A stretch of 64,000 bases of DNA, from the NCBI GenBank assembly GCA_963765675.1, contig CAVXXK010000001.1:544001-608000 (forward strand). The letters are read 5' to 3'. How positions within the stretch are numbered: the first letter of the stretch is position 1; each line of letters opens with the position of its first letter. This stretch comes from an uncultured delta proteobacterium (GTDB lineage: Bacteria; Desulfobacterota; Binatia; Binatales; Binataceae). A model generated the notes under the pieces. That model searched no databases. It was not told the origin of the DNA and worked only from the letters and a program-made list of their open reading frames with translations. The position numbers were made by a program, and so were the translations under genes. This document shows, one piece after another, positions 53,379-62,529 of the stretch.

Positions 53379-54326
53379 ATGACGCCCGATCGCAACACGC
53401 TGTGGCCCGCACCGCTGAGACCGATCGCGCGCGGAGCGCTTCGCCTGTGGGCGCGGACCGGCTGGAAGACCTACGCGCGATACTTGTGGGTCGAGCGCCT
53501 TGCCACGAAGCTTGCCTCCGCCCCGATGCAGACGCGGCTGCCGGATGGCTCCGTGATGCGATGTGACTTCTCCGACTTCGTGCAGCGCCAGATCTATTTC
53601 GGCGGCTTGTTCGAGCCAATCGAGTCGTACCTGTTTCTCAAAATGATCGCGCCGGGCATGACCGTGTTCGACGTCGGCGCGAACTGCGGACAATACACTC
53701 TGCTGGCCGCGCGCGCTGTCGGAGCCGGCGGCGCGGTGCACAGTTTCGAGCCTATAGCCCAGACCTTCACGATTCTCGAGGAACACATCCGCCTCAACCG
53801 ATGCGGCAACGTGACGCTCAACCAGACCGCCTTGTGGAACGAGCCGACTGAGTTGAGTCTCGGCAACGAAACCGAGCAGGCACAGTCCGGACGCTGGAGC
53901 GCAGGGTTCGCAACAAGAGATCCGTCCGCGGTCAAGGTCCGCGCGATCCGGTTCGACGACTACGTCCGTGAGCACCAGATCACCCGGATCGATCTGATCA
54001 AGATGGACATTGAGGGCGCCGAGCCCTTCATGATGCAGGGTGCGCGCGAATCGCTCGCGCGGTTCAAGCCTGCACTCCTGATGGAAATGAACCGGAAGGC
54101 GCTGGACCGGCTCGGATGGACCCCCGAGCGCCTGTGGGACGAATTCAAGTCGCTGGGCTACCGGGCTTTCGAGATCGGACAATCCCGGCGCCAGAGCGGG
54201 CCGGCAACGGTTTTCCCCGCGGGCAAGGTCATAAACCTGATCCTTCATGTGGGCGATCTTCCCGACGGAGTCCTCTCCGGATGGGACCGGCGCCCGGTCA
54301 AGCGATGGGCCTGCAGCGGATGGTAA
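53379..54326 (+). CDS. FkbM family methyltransferase
   Basis: FDVGANCG, SFEP, LIKMDIEGAE. Confidence 0.9.
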   Translation: MTPDRNTLWPAPLRPIARGALRLWARTGWKTYARYLWVERLATKLASAPMQTRLPDGSVMRCDFSDFVQRQIYFGGLFEPIESYLFLKMIAPGMTVFDVGANCGQYTLLAARAVGAGGAVHSFEPIAQTFTILEEHIRLNRCGNVTLNQTALWNEPTELSLGNETEQAQSGRWSAGFATRDPSAVKVRAIRFDDYVREHQITRIDLIKMDIEGAEPFMMQGARESLARFKPALLMEMNRKALDRLGWTPERLWDEFKSLGYRAFEIGQSRRQSGPATVFPAGKVINLILHVGDLPDGVLSGWDRRPVKRWACSGW

Positions 54327-54350
54327 GGTGGCACAGGCTTCCGCCTGTGT
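54327..54350 (+). repeat. short REP-like hairpin
   Basis: GGTGG-CACAGGC-TTCC-GCCTGTG directly after the FkbM stop, between convergent genes. Confidence 0.5.
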
Positions 54351-54420
54351 GTCTTCGAAATTGACTCCTGCCTGGCGCGAGCGCGGGCGATCTGCCTGCA
54401 TGGTATCGCCTCGGCGCGCC

Positions 54421-55620
54421 TTACTCGATCGCGAGCTTGAGCGAATCCAGTCCGCGCAGGAAGTATGAGCCCTTGTAGGTCAATTTCTCCCCGGGGTCGC
54501 GCAAGCGCATCCGCGGAAACCGCTCGAGCATCGCACTGAACGCGATATTCGCCTCCATCCGCGCCAGCGGCGCGCCGAGACAGAAGTGAATCCCCTCGCC
54601 AAACGCCAGGTGCTCATTCGGGTCGCGCGTGATATCGAACCGTTTCGGATCGGGAAACTGCGCCGGGTCGCGATTTGCCGCCGCGATCACCACCACCACG
54701 ATCGAACCCGCCGGAATCTCGACTCCGGCCAGCTCGATCGCGTCCTTCGGGAACCGCGCGGTCGATTGCACCGGACCGTCGTAGCGCAGCATCTCCTCGA
54801 TCGCCCGCGGCAGCATGCCGGGCTCGCGCCGCAGCATCTCGAGCTGCGAGGAGTTTCGCATCAGCGCCAGGGTTCCGTTTCCGATTAGATTGGTCGTAGT
54901 CTCATTGCCTGCGATCAGCAGCAGGGAAACGAAGCTCAATAGCTCGCCCGCGGTCAGCGCTTCGGAGTCATCGTGCGCCGCGACCAGCGCACTAACCAAA
55001 TCGGCACCGGGGTTGCGCCTGCGCCGCTCGATCTCGCGTCCGAAGTATTCCGCGAGCGCTTCGAGCGCCTCGATCGATTCGGCGGGCGGCGGAGAGCCGG
55101 GCAGCGTCGTTCCAGCCGCGACGATCCGATCCGACCAGTCCTTGAACATCGCGTATTTTTCCGCCGGCACGCCGAGCATCTCGGAAATCACCATCACCGG
55201 CAGGATATTGGCAAGATCGGCCATCACCTCGAACTCGCCGCGCGCGGCGGCCTTATCGACCAGCTCGCGCGCGATCTCGCGGATGCGCGGCTCGAGCTCG
55301 CGCACACGGCGTGGCGTGAAATCGCGGCTCACCAGCCGCCGCAGCCGCGAATGGTCCGGAGGATCGGAGTCGAGGACGTTGCGCGAGGCGGCAAACGGAC
55401 CTTGGTATTGATCGGGCGGCGGCGGCGGACCGACGCTCGAAAAATGCGCATGGTCGCGCAACACGCTGGTCGCATCGCGATAGCGCGCGACCAGCGCAAA
55501 CGGCGCTCCAGGTAATACGGTTACGCGCGGAGGACCGGCGAGCAGCCCGGGATAGTGCGGGTAAGGATCGGCGCGGAAATCCGGATCCCACGGATTAAAG
55601 TAGTAAGCCTGCTCGGTCAT
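54421..55620 (-). CDS. cytochrome P450 (paralog 3)
   Basis: AGNETT, EEMLRYD, AFGEGIHFCLG. Confidence 0.95.
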   Translation of the reverse strand: MTEQAYYFNPWDPDFRADPYPHYPGLLAGPPRVTVLPGAPFALVARYRDATSVLRDHAHFSSVGPPPPPDQYQGPFAASRNVLDSDPPDHSRLRRLVSRDFTPRRVRELEPRIREIARELVDKAAARGEFEVMADLANILPVMVISEMLGVPAEKYAMFKDWSDRIVAAGTTLPGSPPPAESIEALEALAEYFGREIERRRRNPGADLVSALVAAHDDSEALTAGELLSFVSLLLIAGNETTTNLIGNGTLALMRNSSQLEMLRREPGMLPRAIEEMLRYDGPVQSTARFPKDAIELAGVEIPAGSIVVVVIAAANRDPAQFPDPKRFDITRDPNEHLAFGEGIHFCLGAPLARMEANIAFSAMLERFPRMRLRDPGEKLTYKGSYFLRGLDSLKLAIE

Positions 55621-55647
55621 CGCGCGATAATCTCCCAGCCGAACGCC

Positions 55648-56853
55648 CTATTCGAGCGCCATCGGCAGCGCGGCCAATCCGCGCAGAAAGTACGAACCTT
55701 TGTATTCGAGCGCGGCCGCGGGATCTTTCATCTTAAGCTTCGGAAAGCGCCGCAGCATCTCTCCGATCGCGATCGCTCCTTCGAGCCGCGCCAGCGGCGC
55801 TCCGATACAGAAATGAATCCCCTCGCCAAACGCTACGTGGTCGCGCGGCTCGCGATTTATGTCGAAACGATCCGGATCGGGAAACTGCGCAGGATCGCGA
55901 TTCGCCGCCGCCAATATTATGAAGCATCGGGTTTCGGCGGGAATCACCGTGCCGCCAAGGTTCACCTCGACCGTCGTCATTCGCGAGGTCGATTGCACCG
56001 GCCCGTCGTAACGCAAAATCTCTTCGATCGCGCGCGGCATCATTTCCGGATTCCGTCGCAGCGCGTCCATCTGATCCGGATTCCTGCCCAGCGCCAGCAT
56101 CCCGTTGCCGATCAGATTGGTCGTCGTCTCGTTGCCCGCAAGCAGCAGCAGGACCACGAACGCGAGCAGCTCTTCGGCGCTCATCGCTTCGTTGTCGTCG
56201 TGCGCGGCAACCAGCGCACTCACCAGGTCCGGACCCGGATAACTACGGCGCTTTTCGATTTCGGCGGCGAAGTACGCGCGCAACGCGTCGGTCGATTGTT
56301 TGATCTCCGGCGGCATCGGCATTCCGGGAAGCGTGTTGCCACCCGTGACAATCCGGTCCGACCACGCCTTGAACATCGCATTTTTCTCGGGCGGCACGCC
56401 CAGCATCTGCGCGATAACCATGACCGGCAGCGCGTTGGCGACGTCGGCCATCACTTCGAGCTCGCCTTTGCGCTCGACCGTATCGAGCAGCCCGTTTGCG
56501 ATCTCGCGGATGCGCGGCTCGAGGTCGCGGATTCGCCGCGGAGTGAAATCGCGCGCGACCACCCGGCGCAACCGCGTATGCACCGGCGGATCGGAAAACA
56601 GCATCGTCGCCGCGCCGCGAAACGCGCCGCTCTCGATATCCTCCTGTGAGCGATTGCGCTCCGCGCTCGAAAATCGCGCCTGATCCTTCAGCGCGGCGGT
56701 AACGTCGGCATAGCGTCCGACCAGCGCGGTCGGCCCGAACAGATCGATCAACTTCGGCGGACCGTCGTTGATCGCGCTGTAATGCGGATAGGGATTGGCG
56801 CGAAACTCGGGATCCCATGGATTGAAATAGACCGGACGTTTTTCGATGCTCAC
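55648..56853 (-). CDS. cytochrome P450 (paralog 2)
   Basis: AGNETT, EEILRYD, AFGEGIHFCIG; start set at GTG 56853 by alignment with its paralogs. Confidence 0.93.
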   Translation of the reverse strand: MSIEKRPVYFNPWDPEFRANPYPHYSAINDGPPKLIDLFGPTALVGRYADVTAALKDQARFSSAERNRSQEDIESGAFRGAATMLFSDPPVHTRLRRVVARDFTPRRIRDLEPRIREIANGLLDTVERKGELEVMADVANALPVMVIAQMLGVPPEKNAMFKAWSDRIVTGGNTLPGMPMPPEIKQSTDALRAYFAAEIEKRRSYPGPDLVSALVAAHDDNEAMSAEELLAFVVLLLLAGNETTTNLIGNGMLALGRNPDQMDALRRNPEMMPRAIEEILRYDGPVQSTSRMTTVEVNLGGTVIPAETRCFIILAAANRDPAQFPDPDRFDINREPRDHVAFGEGIHFCIGAPLARLEGAIAIGEMLRRFPKLKMKDPAAALEYKGSYFLRGLAALPMALE

Positions 56854-57162
56854 GTAGGTAGCCCTCGACTCTTCCCACCGCGCGGTGGTCATTGCAGCAA
56901 GCGCGATGCCATCGCGCATGCTCGGTTTCTCCAACTCTTTCCGTTCGGGGATGCGCAGCAATCGTGCTGCATGCAGGTTGCTTCACCCTATTGCGCCCGC
57001 ACCGCTGTTGCTACGGCAGGACCTCGCCATGACCGCCGCCCGATAAAGGATAATTAAACGCGAAGCGAATCCGGAACAGGAATACATCCACCCGGGTTGC
57101 TGGTCGCCTGAGCAGCAAGCGCAATCCGATTCAGCTTCATCAGGGGCAATGAAGATCCGGAT

Positions 57163-58383
57163 TCAATCGGTCGCGAGCTCGAGCGCCGCCAGCCCGCGCA
57201 GGAAATAGGAACCCTTGTATTTGAGCGGCGCGCCCGGGTCTGCGAGCCGCAACCGCGGAAACCGCTCGAGCATCGCGCCCATCGCGATTATCGCTTCGAG
57301 CCGCGCCAGGCCCGCGCCGATACAGAAATGGATTCCCTCGCCGAAGGCCAGATGGTCGTTGGGCGTGCGCGTGATATCGAAACGGTCCGGATCGGGGAAC
57401 ATCGCGGGGTCTCGATTCGCCGCGGCGAGGATCACGAAAACTCCTGTCCCCGACTTGATCTCGTTTCCGTTCACCACGGAGTCCGACGTCGTAACGCGAA
57501 AGGTCGATTGCACCGGCCCGTCGTAACGCAGCATCTCCTCGATCGCCCGCGGCAGCATCGCGGGCGTCGCCTGGACCATCCTCATCTGCTCCGGATGCCG
57601 TCCGAGCGCGAGAGTGCCGTTGCCGATAAGATTGGTCGTAGTCTCGTTGCCCGCCAGCAGCAGCAGGATGACGAATTGCAGAAGCTCCTCCGCGCTTAGC
57701 GCCTCTGACTCGTCGTGCGCGGCAACCAGGGCGCTCACCAGGTCCGAGCCGGGAGATTTTCTGCGCCGCGCTATCTCCTCGGAAAAATAGACGCGCAATT
57801 CGGCAAACGCCGCCTTGATATCCTCGGGAATCGGCATCCCCGGCAGAGTGTTATCGGACTCGACTACCTTGTCCGACCAACGTTTGAAGGTTTCGTACAT
57901 CTCCGGCGCGACACCCAGCATCTCCGCGATCACCATCACCGGCAGCGGATTTGCCAGGTCGGCCATCAGATCGAAGCTTCCTTTGTGGACAGCCTTGTCG
58001 AGCAGCGTCGCTGCGATTTGCCGAATGCGCGGCTCGAGCTCTCGAATGCGCCGCGGAGTGAAATCGCGCGAGACCAGGCGCCGCAGCCGCGTATGCACCG
58101 GAGGATCGGATTGCAGCACCGTGGGCGTGTCGCCGAACGCGTCGGTCTGGTTTGCGAACGCGGAATCTTTGGGCTGCACACTCGAAAAATGCGCCGGATC
58201 GAGCAGGATCTGTTTCACGTCGGCGTAGCGCGCCACGAGTACGAGCGGAAAGCCCAGGTCCAGATGACGCGGCGCTCCGGCATACAGCGGCTTGTAATGC
58301 GGATACGGATTGGCGCGAAAGTCCTCGTCCCACGGGTTGAAGTAGAAATCCGGCGCCGGCGCAGTGTCGGTTGCTTCGCTCAT
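57163..58383 (-). CDS. cytochrome P450 (paralog 1)
   Basis: AGNETT, EEMLRYD, AFGEGIHFCIG; ATGA overlap with the TetR gene. Confidence 0.95.
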   Translation of the reverse strand: MSEATDTAPAPDFYFNPWDEDFRANPYPHYKPLYAGAPRHLDLGFPLVLVARYADVKQILLDPAHFSSVQPKDSAFANQTDAFGDTPTVLQSDPPVHTRLRRLVSRDFTPRRIRELEPRIRQIAATLLDKAVHKGSFDLMADLANPLPVMVIAEMLGVAPEMYETFKRWSDKVVESDNTLPGMPIPEDIKAAFAELRVYFSEEIARRRKSPGSDLVSALVAAHDESEALSAEELLQFVILLLLAGNETTTNLIGNGTLALGRHPEQMRMVQATPAMLPRAIEEMLRYDGPVQSTFRVTTSDSVVNGNEIKSGTGVFVILAAANRDPAMFPDPDRFDITRTPNDHLAFGEGIHFCIGAGLARLEAIIAMGAMLERFPRLRLADPGAPLKYKGSYFLRGLAALELATD

Positions 58384-59033
58384 CTGACGCTCTCCTTTTC
58401 GGGCTCAGGCTGATCCAGGCCCATCCCTATGATCAAGGTTGCCGAAATCCTCTTCATGGTTTCAATCGCGCGGGCAAATTCGGGCGGGTCGGGTTCATCG
58501 GCGGGAAACAGGATTCGTTCGAGTCCCAGCGATTCGAGCTGGCCGAAAACGACCGCGATAAGATCGTTCAAATCGGCGCCGCGATCCGCCGGCCAATCCA
58601 GCATCGTGGCGAATCCTTCGAGCAATCCGTCGCCGAACCGTTTGCTCGCGTCACGCACCGCTTCGTTGAGAGCGCGCTCGGTCCGGCTCGCGACAACCAA
58701 TTCGAGCCACGCATAGAAGGTCGGTCCTTTGAAGAAAGGCCACAGCGCGTCGACCAGACCGGTCATCCGTCGCGCGCGCCCGCCCGCAGGACGCTCGGCG
58801 GACATGTCGCGCATCTGCGCAAGCCGCAGCGCGAACACATGCTCGAGGGCGCTGATTACCAACTCATCTTTCTTGGGAAAATGATGCAGTTGCGCCCCTC
58901 GCGAGACCCCTGCGCGGCTGGCAATCTCGGTGGTCGTCGTGCCGGTATATCCGCGCTCGAACAGGCACTCGACGGCCGCGTCCATAAGCCGCTGCCGAGT
59001 CTCCGCGCTACGTTCTTCTTGAAGATTAGACAT
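58380..59033 (-). CDS. TetR/AcrR family regulator
   Basis: QEERSAETRQRL; HTH IASRAGVSRGAQLHHFPKK. Confidence 0.9.
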   Translation of the reverse strand: MSNLQEERSAETRQRLMDAAVECLFERGYTGTTTTEIASRAGVSRGAQLHHFPKKDELVISALEHVFALRLAQMRDMSAERPAGGRARRMTGLVDALWPFFKGPTFYAWLELVVASRTERALNEAVRDASKRFGDGLLEGFATMLDWPADRGADLNDLIAVVFGQLESLGLERILFPADEPDPPEFARAIETMKRISATLIIGMGLDQPEPEKESVR

Positions 59034-59062
59034 GATTTCTCTCGCAAAAATATAAGCAGACA

Positions 59063-59094
59063 AGTCCGACTGATACAAGCAGTCCTGACTGTTT
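59063..59094. promoter_or_regulatory. palindromic operator(s) upstream of tetR-P450
   Basis: CAGTC-CT-GACTG at 59080-59091 plus a related AGTC-C-GACT at 59063-59071. Confidence 0.6.
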
Positions 59095-59220
59095 CTTTCT
59101 TGGTCGAAGTGTAAAAACGGGCGGCTCCCGAGCCGTCGCGACGACGATCGGATTCATCCTGGATGGAGATGCTGCGAGTCGATTTGGCTGGCGAGCTTCT
59201 CGAGAGATCGTCCCGGATTC

Positions 59221-59244
59221 GTAGGGGCGCGTCGCGACGCGCCC
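59221..59244 (+). repeat. GTAG-type REP element
   Basis: GTAG followed by the perfect palindrome GGGCGCGTCGCGACGCGCCC. Confidence 0.7.
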
Positions 59245-59266
59245 GTCTTTGCATGCCTCGCTCTGG

Positions 59267-59619
59267 ATACCATCCCCCTCCGGGGAGCTTTGCTTTGCAT
59301 AACCAATCGGAAAAGTGTGCCGATCTGTGAGGGCGAGATTCCTCGCGAGATCTGCCGCGCCAGTTGATACGCGCCCCCCATCTGCACTGCCTGCGCGCGC
59401 TCGGAATGACAATTTCTCCTGGCTTTGTGTCATTCCGAGCGCGATCAAGCACCCTGTATCGTTTCGTATGCTTCATGTTGCGCGGCAGAGGTCGCGAGGA
59501 ATCTCGCCCTTGCGCACCGGCGCACCCGTCCGATTGGTTCGCCTCCGGGAGAGGGCGGCGCGGCGCGAGGCTTGCGTTTTTTCGCAGGCATCGTGACGCG
59601 TGGGTGAGGGTTGCTGCTC
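59267..59619 (-). repeat. ~355-bp REP-derived/MITE-like palindromic element, copy B (inverted)
   Basis: Reverse complement of 42981-43337 with scattered substitutions and small indels. Confidence 0.9.
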
Positions 59620-59640
59620 TGCTCTTTTAATCGCGCGCCG

Positions 59641-59806
59641 CTGCGCGTGGGCCGACGAGCCGTCGGCCGCCACTGGCAAACGAGGACCGCGATTCGGAGT
59701 AAAAACGGAAAAAATCAGTAGCAAAAGGTACGTCCGCCAAAGAGGGTGCTCGCGGAAGATTCTCTTTCTGACGGTGAAGGCCGATGGCTCTTCGGCCCAC
59801 GCGCAG
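59641..59806. repeat. 28-bp inverted repeat pair (REPIN-like doublet)
   Basis: 59641-59668 against the reverse complement of 59779-59806, 26/28 identical; each unit has its own GGCCGA..TCGGCC hairpin. Confidence 0.75.
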
Positions 59807-60310
59807 TGGGTTTATCTGCGCAAAGAGGCTCGCTCTCGGGCCGCGCGATCTTCCCTAACGATCGTTAGATTTTTTGCCAGATTTGTTCATGGCTGAACTG
59901 TTCAGCCTTATGCCCGAATCCACTTCATGCAAAAGTGATCTCGTGGAAGCAACCCGCTCACTACCGCGCACCATTTTGCAGGGAGATGCTTTCGCGGTCA
60001 GACGCAATCATCAATCCAACCACCAAGACACAAAGGCACAAAGAACTGACGCATTTTCGCGCGCCGCGCGCGGAAATGCGTGTTCTTCCTGTCTTAGTGT
60101 CTTGGTCTTCCTTGATGTCTTCGTGTCTAGTTTTTCTTCCCGAAAATCGATGACCAAAAAGGCTGCCAAAACGAACCCAATGGCGCGAATTCAGCAGCAT
60201 CTACAAGGAGTTTATTTTCTGAGCCGCTAGAAAAGATACCAAACGAACCCACCGAATTTGACCGAGATCAAAAAATCCAAGGCACCACCTTGCCCAGATT
60301 TTGGCGAATC

Positions 60311-61111
60311 TTACTTCCCGCGGAACGACGGACGGCGCTTCTCGATGAAGGCCTTCACGCCCTCGCGATAGTCCTCGCTGTTGAAGCATCGCGCGACCAG
60401 CTCCGCTACGGCGTCGCGGTCGCGATCGGCAGGATCCTTGAGCCCCTCGCGAATCGCGGTCTTCGCCGCCTCCATCGTGAGCGGAGCATTCGCCGCCATC
60501 CGGTTCGCGTAGTCGCGCACCTGCGCCTCGAGCTCCGCGCCCTCGACCACGCGATGAATCAGGCCCATCGCGTACGCCTCGTCGGCGTCGAACAGCCGTC
60601 CCGACATCAGGATCTCGCGCGCGTTGGCCGCGCCTACCGTCTGCGTCAGCATGATCACGCCGTCGAGCGGATAGGCGAGTCCGAGCCGCGCGGCCGGGAT
60701 ACCCATGCGGGTTCCGCGCGCCGCGATCCGGATATCGCACGCCAGCGCGACCTGAACGCCGCCGCCGATACATACGCCCGAGATCATGGCGATGATCGGC
60801 TTGGCGCATTCGACCATCGACGCGATCGCGCGGCCCGGCGCCTCGCGATACGCGTGCGCCTGCTCCGCGTCGGCGCGCAGGCTCGGAAATTCCGAGATGT
60901 CTGCGCCGGAGATAAACGCCTCAGGCGTCGCGCCGCGCATGACGATCACGCGGATGTCGGGGTCTTTGTCGAACGTCTCGATCGCTTCCGGGATTCGCTT
61001 CCAGGTTCTAAGATTCAGGGCATTGCGCACCTGAGGACGGTTGAGCACTATCCATCCGAGCGGCGCCTCGGCACGCACGATAACCGGGTCGGGGGAATTT
61101 TGATCACTCAT
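60311..61111 (-). CDS. enoyl-CoA hydratase/isomerase
   Basis: LNRPQVRNAL, FISGADISEF, GVCIGGG, ACDIRIAA, DYREGVKAF.EKR.P.F. Confidence 0.92.
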   Translation of the reverse strand: MSDQNSPDPVIVRAEAPLGWIVLNRPQVRNALNLRTWKRIPEAIETFDKDPDIRVIVMRGATPEAFISGADISEFPSLRADAEQAHAYREAPGRAIASMVECAKPIIAMISGVCIGGGVQVALACDIRIAARGTRMGIPAARLGLAYPLDGVIMLTQTVGAANAREILMSGRLFDADEAYAMGLIHRVVEGAELEAQVRDYANRMAANAPLTMEAAKTAIREGLKDPADRDRDAVAELVARCFNSEDYREGVKAFIEKRRPSFRGK

Positions 61112-61138
61112 TTGATGCATCCATTGGATTGAATTGCG

Positions 61139-61567
61139 ATGACTATTATCGACCGCGCTTCCAGTGCCGATTTTGAGCATATTTGCGAGCTGGACGAAAT
61201 CGTCTTCACGGGTCCCTCTCGCCGGGGCTTGATTGGAACCGCTCTCGCGCAGGGGCGATGCGCTATCGCGCGGGTGGACGGCCACGTGCGCGGCTACGTT
61301 ATCGCGGGCGAGTTCTTCGGCCACGGCTTCATCGAGCTGCTGCTCGTGCATCCCGATTATCGCCGCCGCGGAATCGCAACCTCGCTGATTCGCTCCGTGG
61401 AGATCGACGCGCCGACCGAGAAGCTCTTCACCTCGACCAATCAGTCGAACACCGCGATGCAGCAGCTATGCGAGCGCCTGGGTTTCGTGCGCAGCGGCCT
61501 AGTCGAAAATCTCGACGACGGCGACCCCGAGATGATTTATTTCAAACGCGTGATGCCCGGCTCGTGA
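61139..61567 (+). CDS. GNAT family N-acetyltransferase
   Basis: VHPDYRRRGIA motif A; N..MQ.L.ERLGF. Confidence 0.88.
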   Translation: MTIIDRASSADFEHICELDEIVFTGPSRRGLIGTALAQGRCAIARVDGHVRGYVIAGEFFGHGFIELLLVHPDYRRRGIATSLIRSVEIDAPTEKLFTSTNQSNTAMQQLCERLGFVRSGLVENLDDGDPEMIYFKRVMPGS

Positions 61568-61574
61568 GCGAGCC

Positions 61575-62444
61575 CTACAGCTTCGCGATCACCTCGTTCG
61601 CGATCGTTTCCAGGCCGCGCGTGAGGCCGTCTTTGTCGAAGCCGGGCGGCGCGACCACTACTCGTGAGACGCCGACGTCCTGCACCGCCTTGATCGCGTC
61701 GAGCTTTGCGCGGCCCATGCACGACAGCTCGATCTCCGCGGAGTTGCGCCCGGCCTTGGTCGCCTCCAGGCTCATCATCGCGAACAGTTCCTTCAACTTG
61801 GGCGGCTCTCCGATCGCGGGGAAAAATCCGTTGCCGTAGCGGCCCGCGCGGCGCGCCGCGGCCGGCGAGTGGCCGCCGATAATGATCGGCACTCCGGTCT
61901 TGCGCACCGGCTTGGGAAAACATTGCACCGGACCGAAATTGAAATGGCGCCCGTGGAACGATGACGCGCCGTCGCTCCATAGCGCGCGCAGCGACTGGAT
62001 CGCCTCGTCGGTGCGCTTGCCGCGCTGATGGAAATCGAGGCCGAGCGCCTGGAACTCCTCTTCGAGCCATCCGCTGCCGATCCCGAGCAGCATCCGTCCG
62101 TTCGAGAGCACGTCGAGCGTCGCGACTTCCTTGGCGACGTACAGCGGATGCCGCTGCGGAAGGATCAGCACGCCGGTTCCAAGCTTGAGGTTCTTTGTGA
62201 TCGCGGCCGCATACGCCAGCGGCAGCAGCGGATCGGGAATCGCCACATCCTCAGGTCCGGGAATTTTTCCGGAGGGCGAGTATGGGTAGGGCGATTTGTA
62301 ATCATGCGGGATTACGACGTGCTCGACCGTCCAGATCGATTCGAAGCCGCATCGCTCCGCGGTCTGCGCCAGATGCGCAAACAATTGCGGGTCGGCGAAC
62401 GGACCGGAATTGACAAACATCAGGCCTATTTTCACGGCTGCCAT
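61575..62444 (-). CDS. LLM class putative F420-dependent oxidoreductase
   Basis: GFESIWTVEHVVIP, DPLLPL, LPQRHP, ATLDVLSNGR..LGIGSGW..EEF. Confidence 0.88.
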   Translation of the reverse strand: MAAVKIGLMFVNSGPFADPQLFAHLAQTAERCGFESIWTVEHVVIPHDYKSPYPYSPSGKIPGPEDVAIPDPLLPLAYAAAITKNLKLGTGVLILPQRHPLYVAKEVATLDVLSNGRMLLGIGSGWLEEEFQALGLDFHQRGKRTDEAIQSLRALWSDGASSFHGRHFNFGPVQCFPKPVRKTGVPIIIGGHSPAAARRAGRYGNGFFPAIGEPPKLKELFAMMSLEATKAGRNSAEIELSCMGRAKLDAIKAVQDVGVSRVVVAPPGFDKDGLTRGLETIANEVIAKL

Positions 62445-62529
62445 GAAGTAACCTCGCGAATTCGATTTTGATACCGCAATCTACCGCGACCCGCGAATTA
62501 TTTCACCTTGAGTCGCGGCACCGTGCGCC

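Noticed and set aside
57067-57164. Hammerhead ribozyme (CUGAUGA on minus) or tRNA-Sec
   Set aside because: No GAAA after a stem II; no TTC loop, no valid anticodon arm and no CCA end
59100-60310. CRISPR array
   Set aside because: No identical direct repeats with regular unique spacers, and no cas genes in the window
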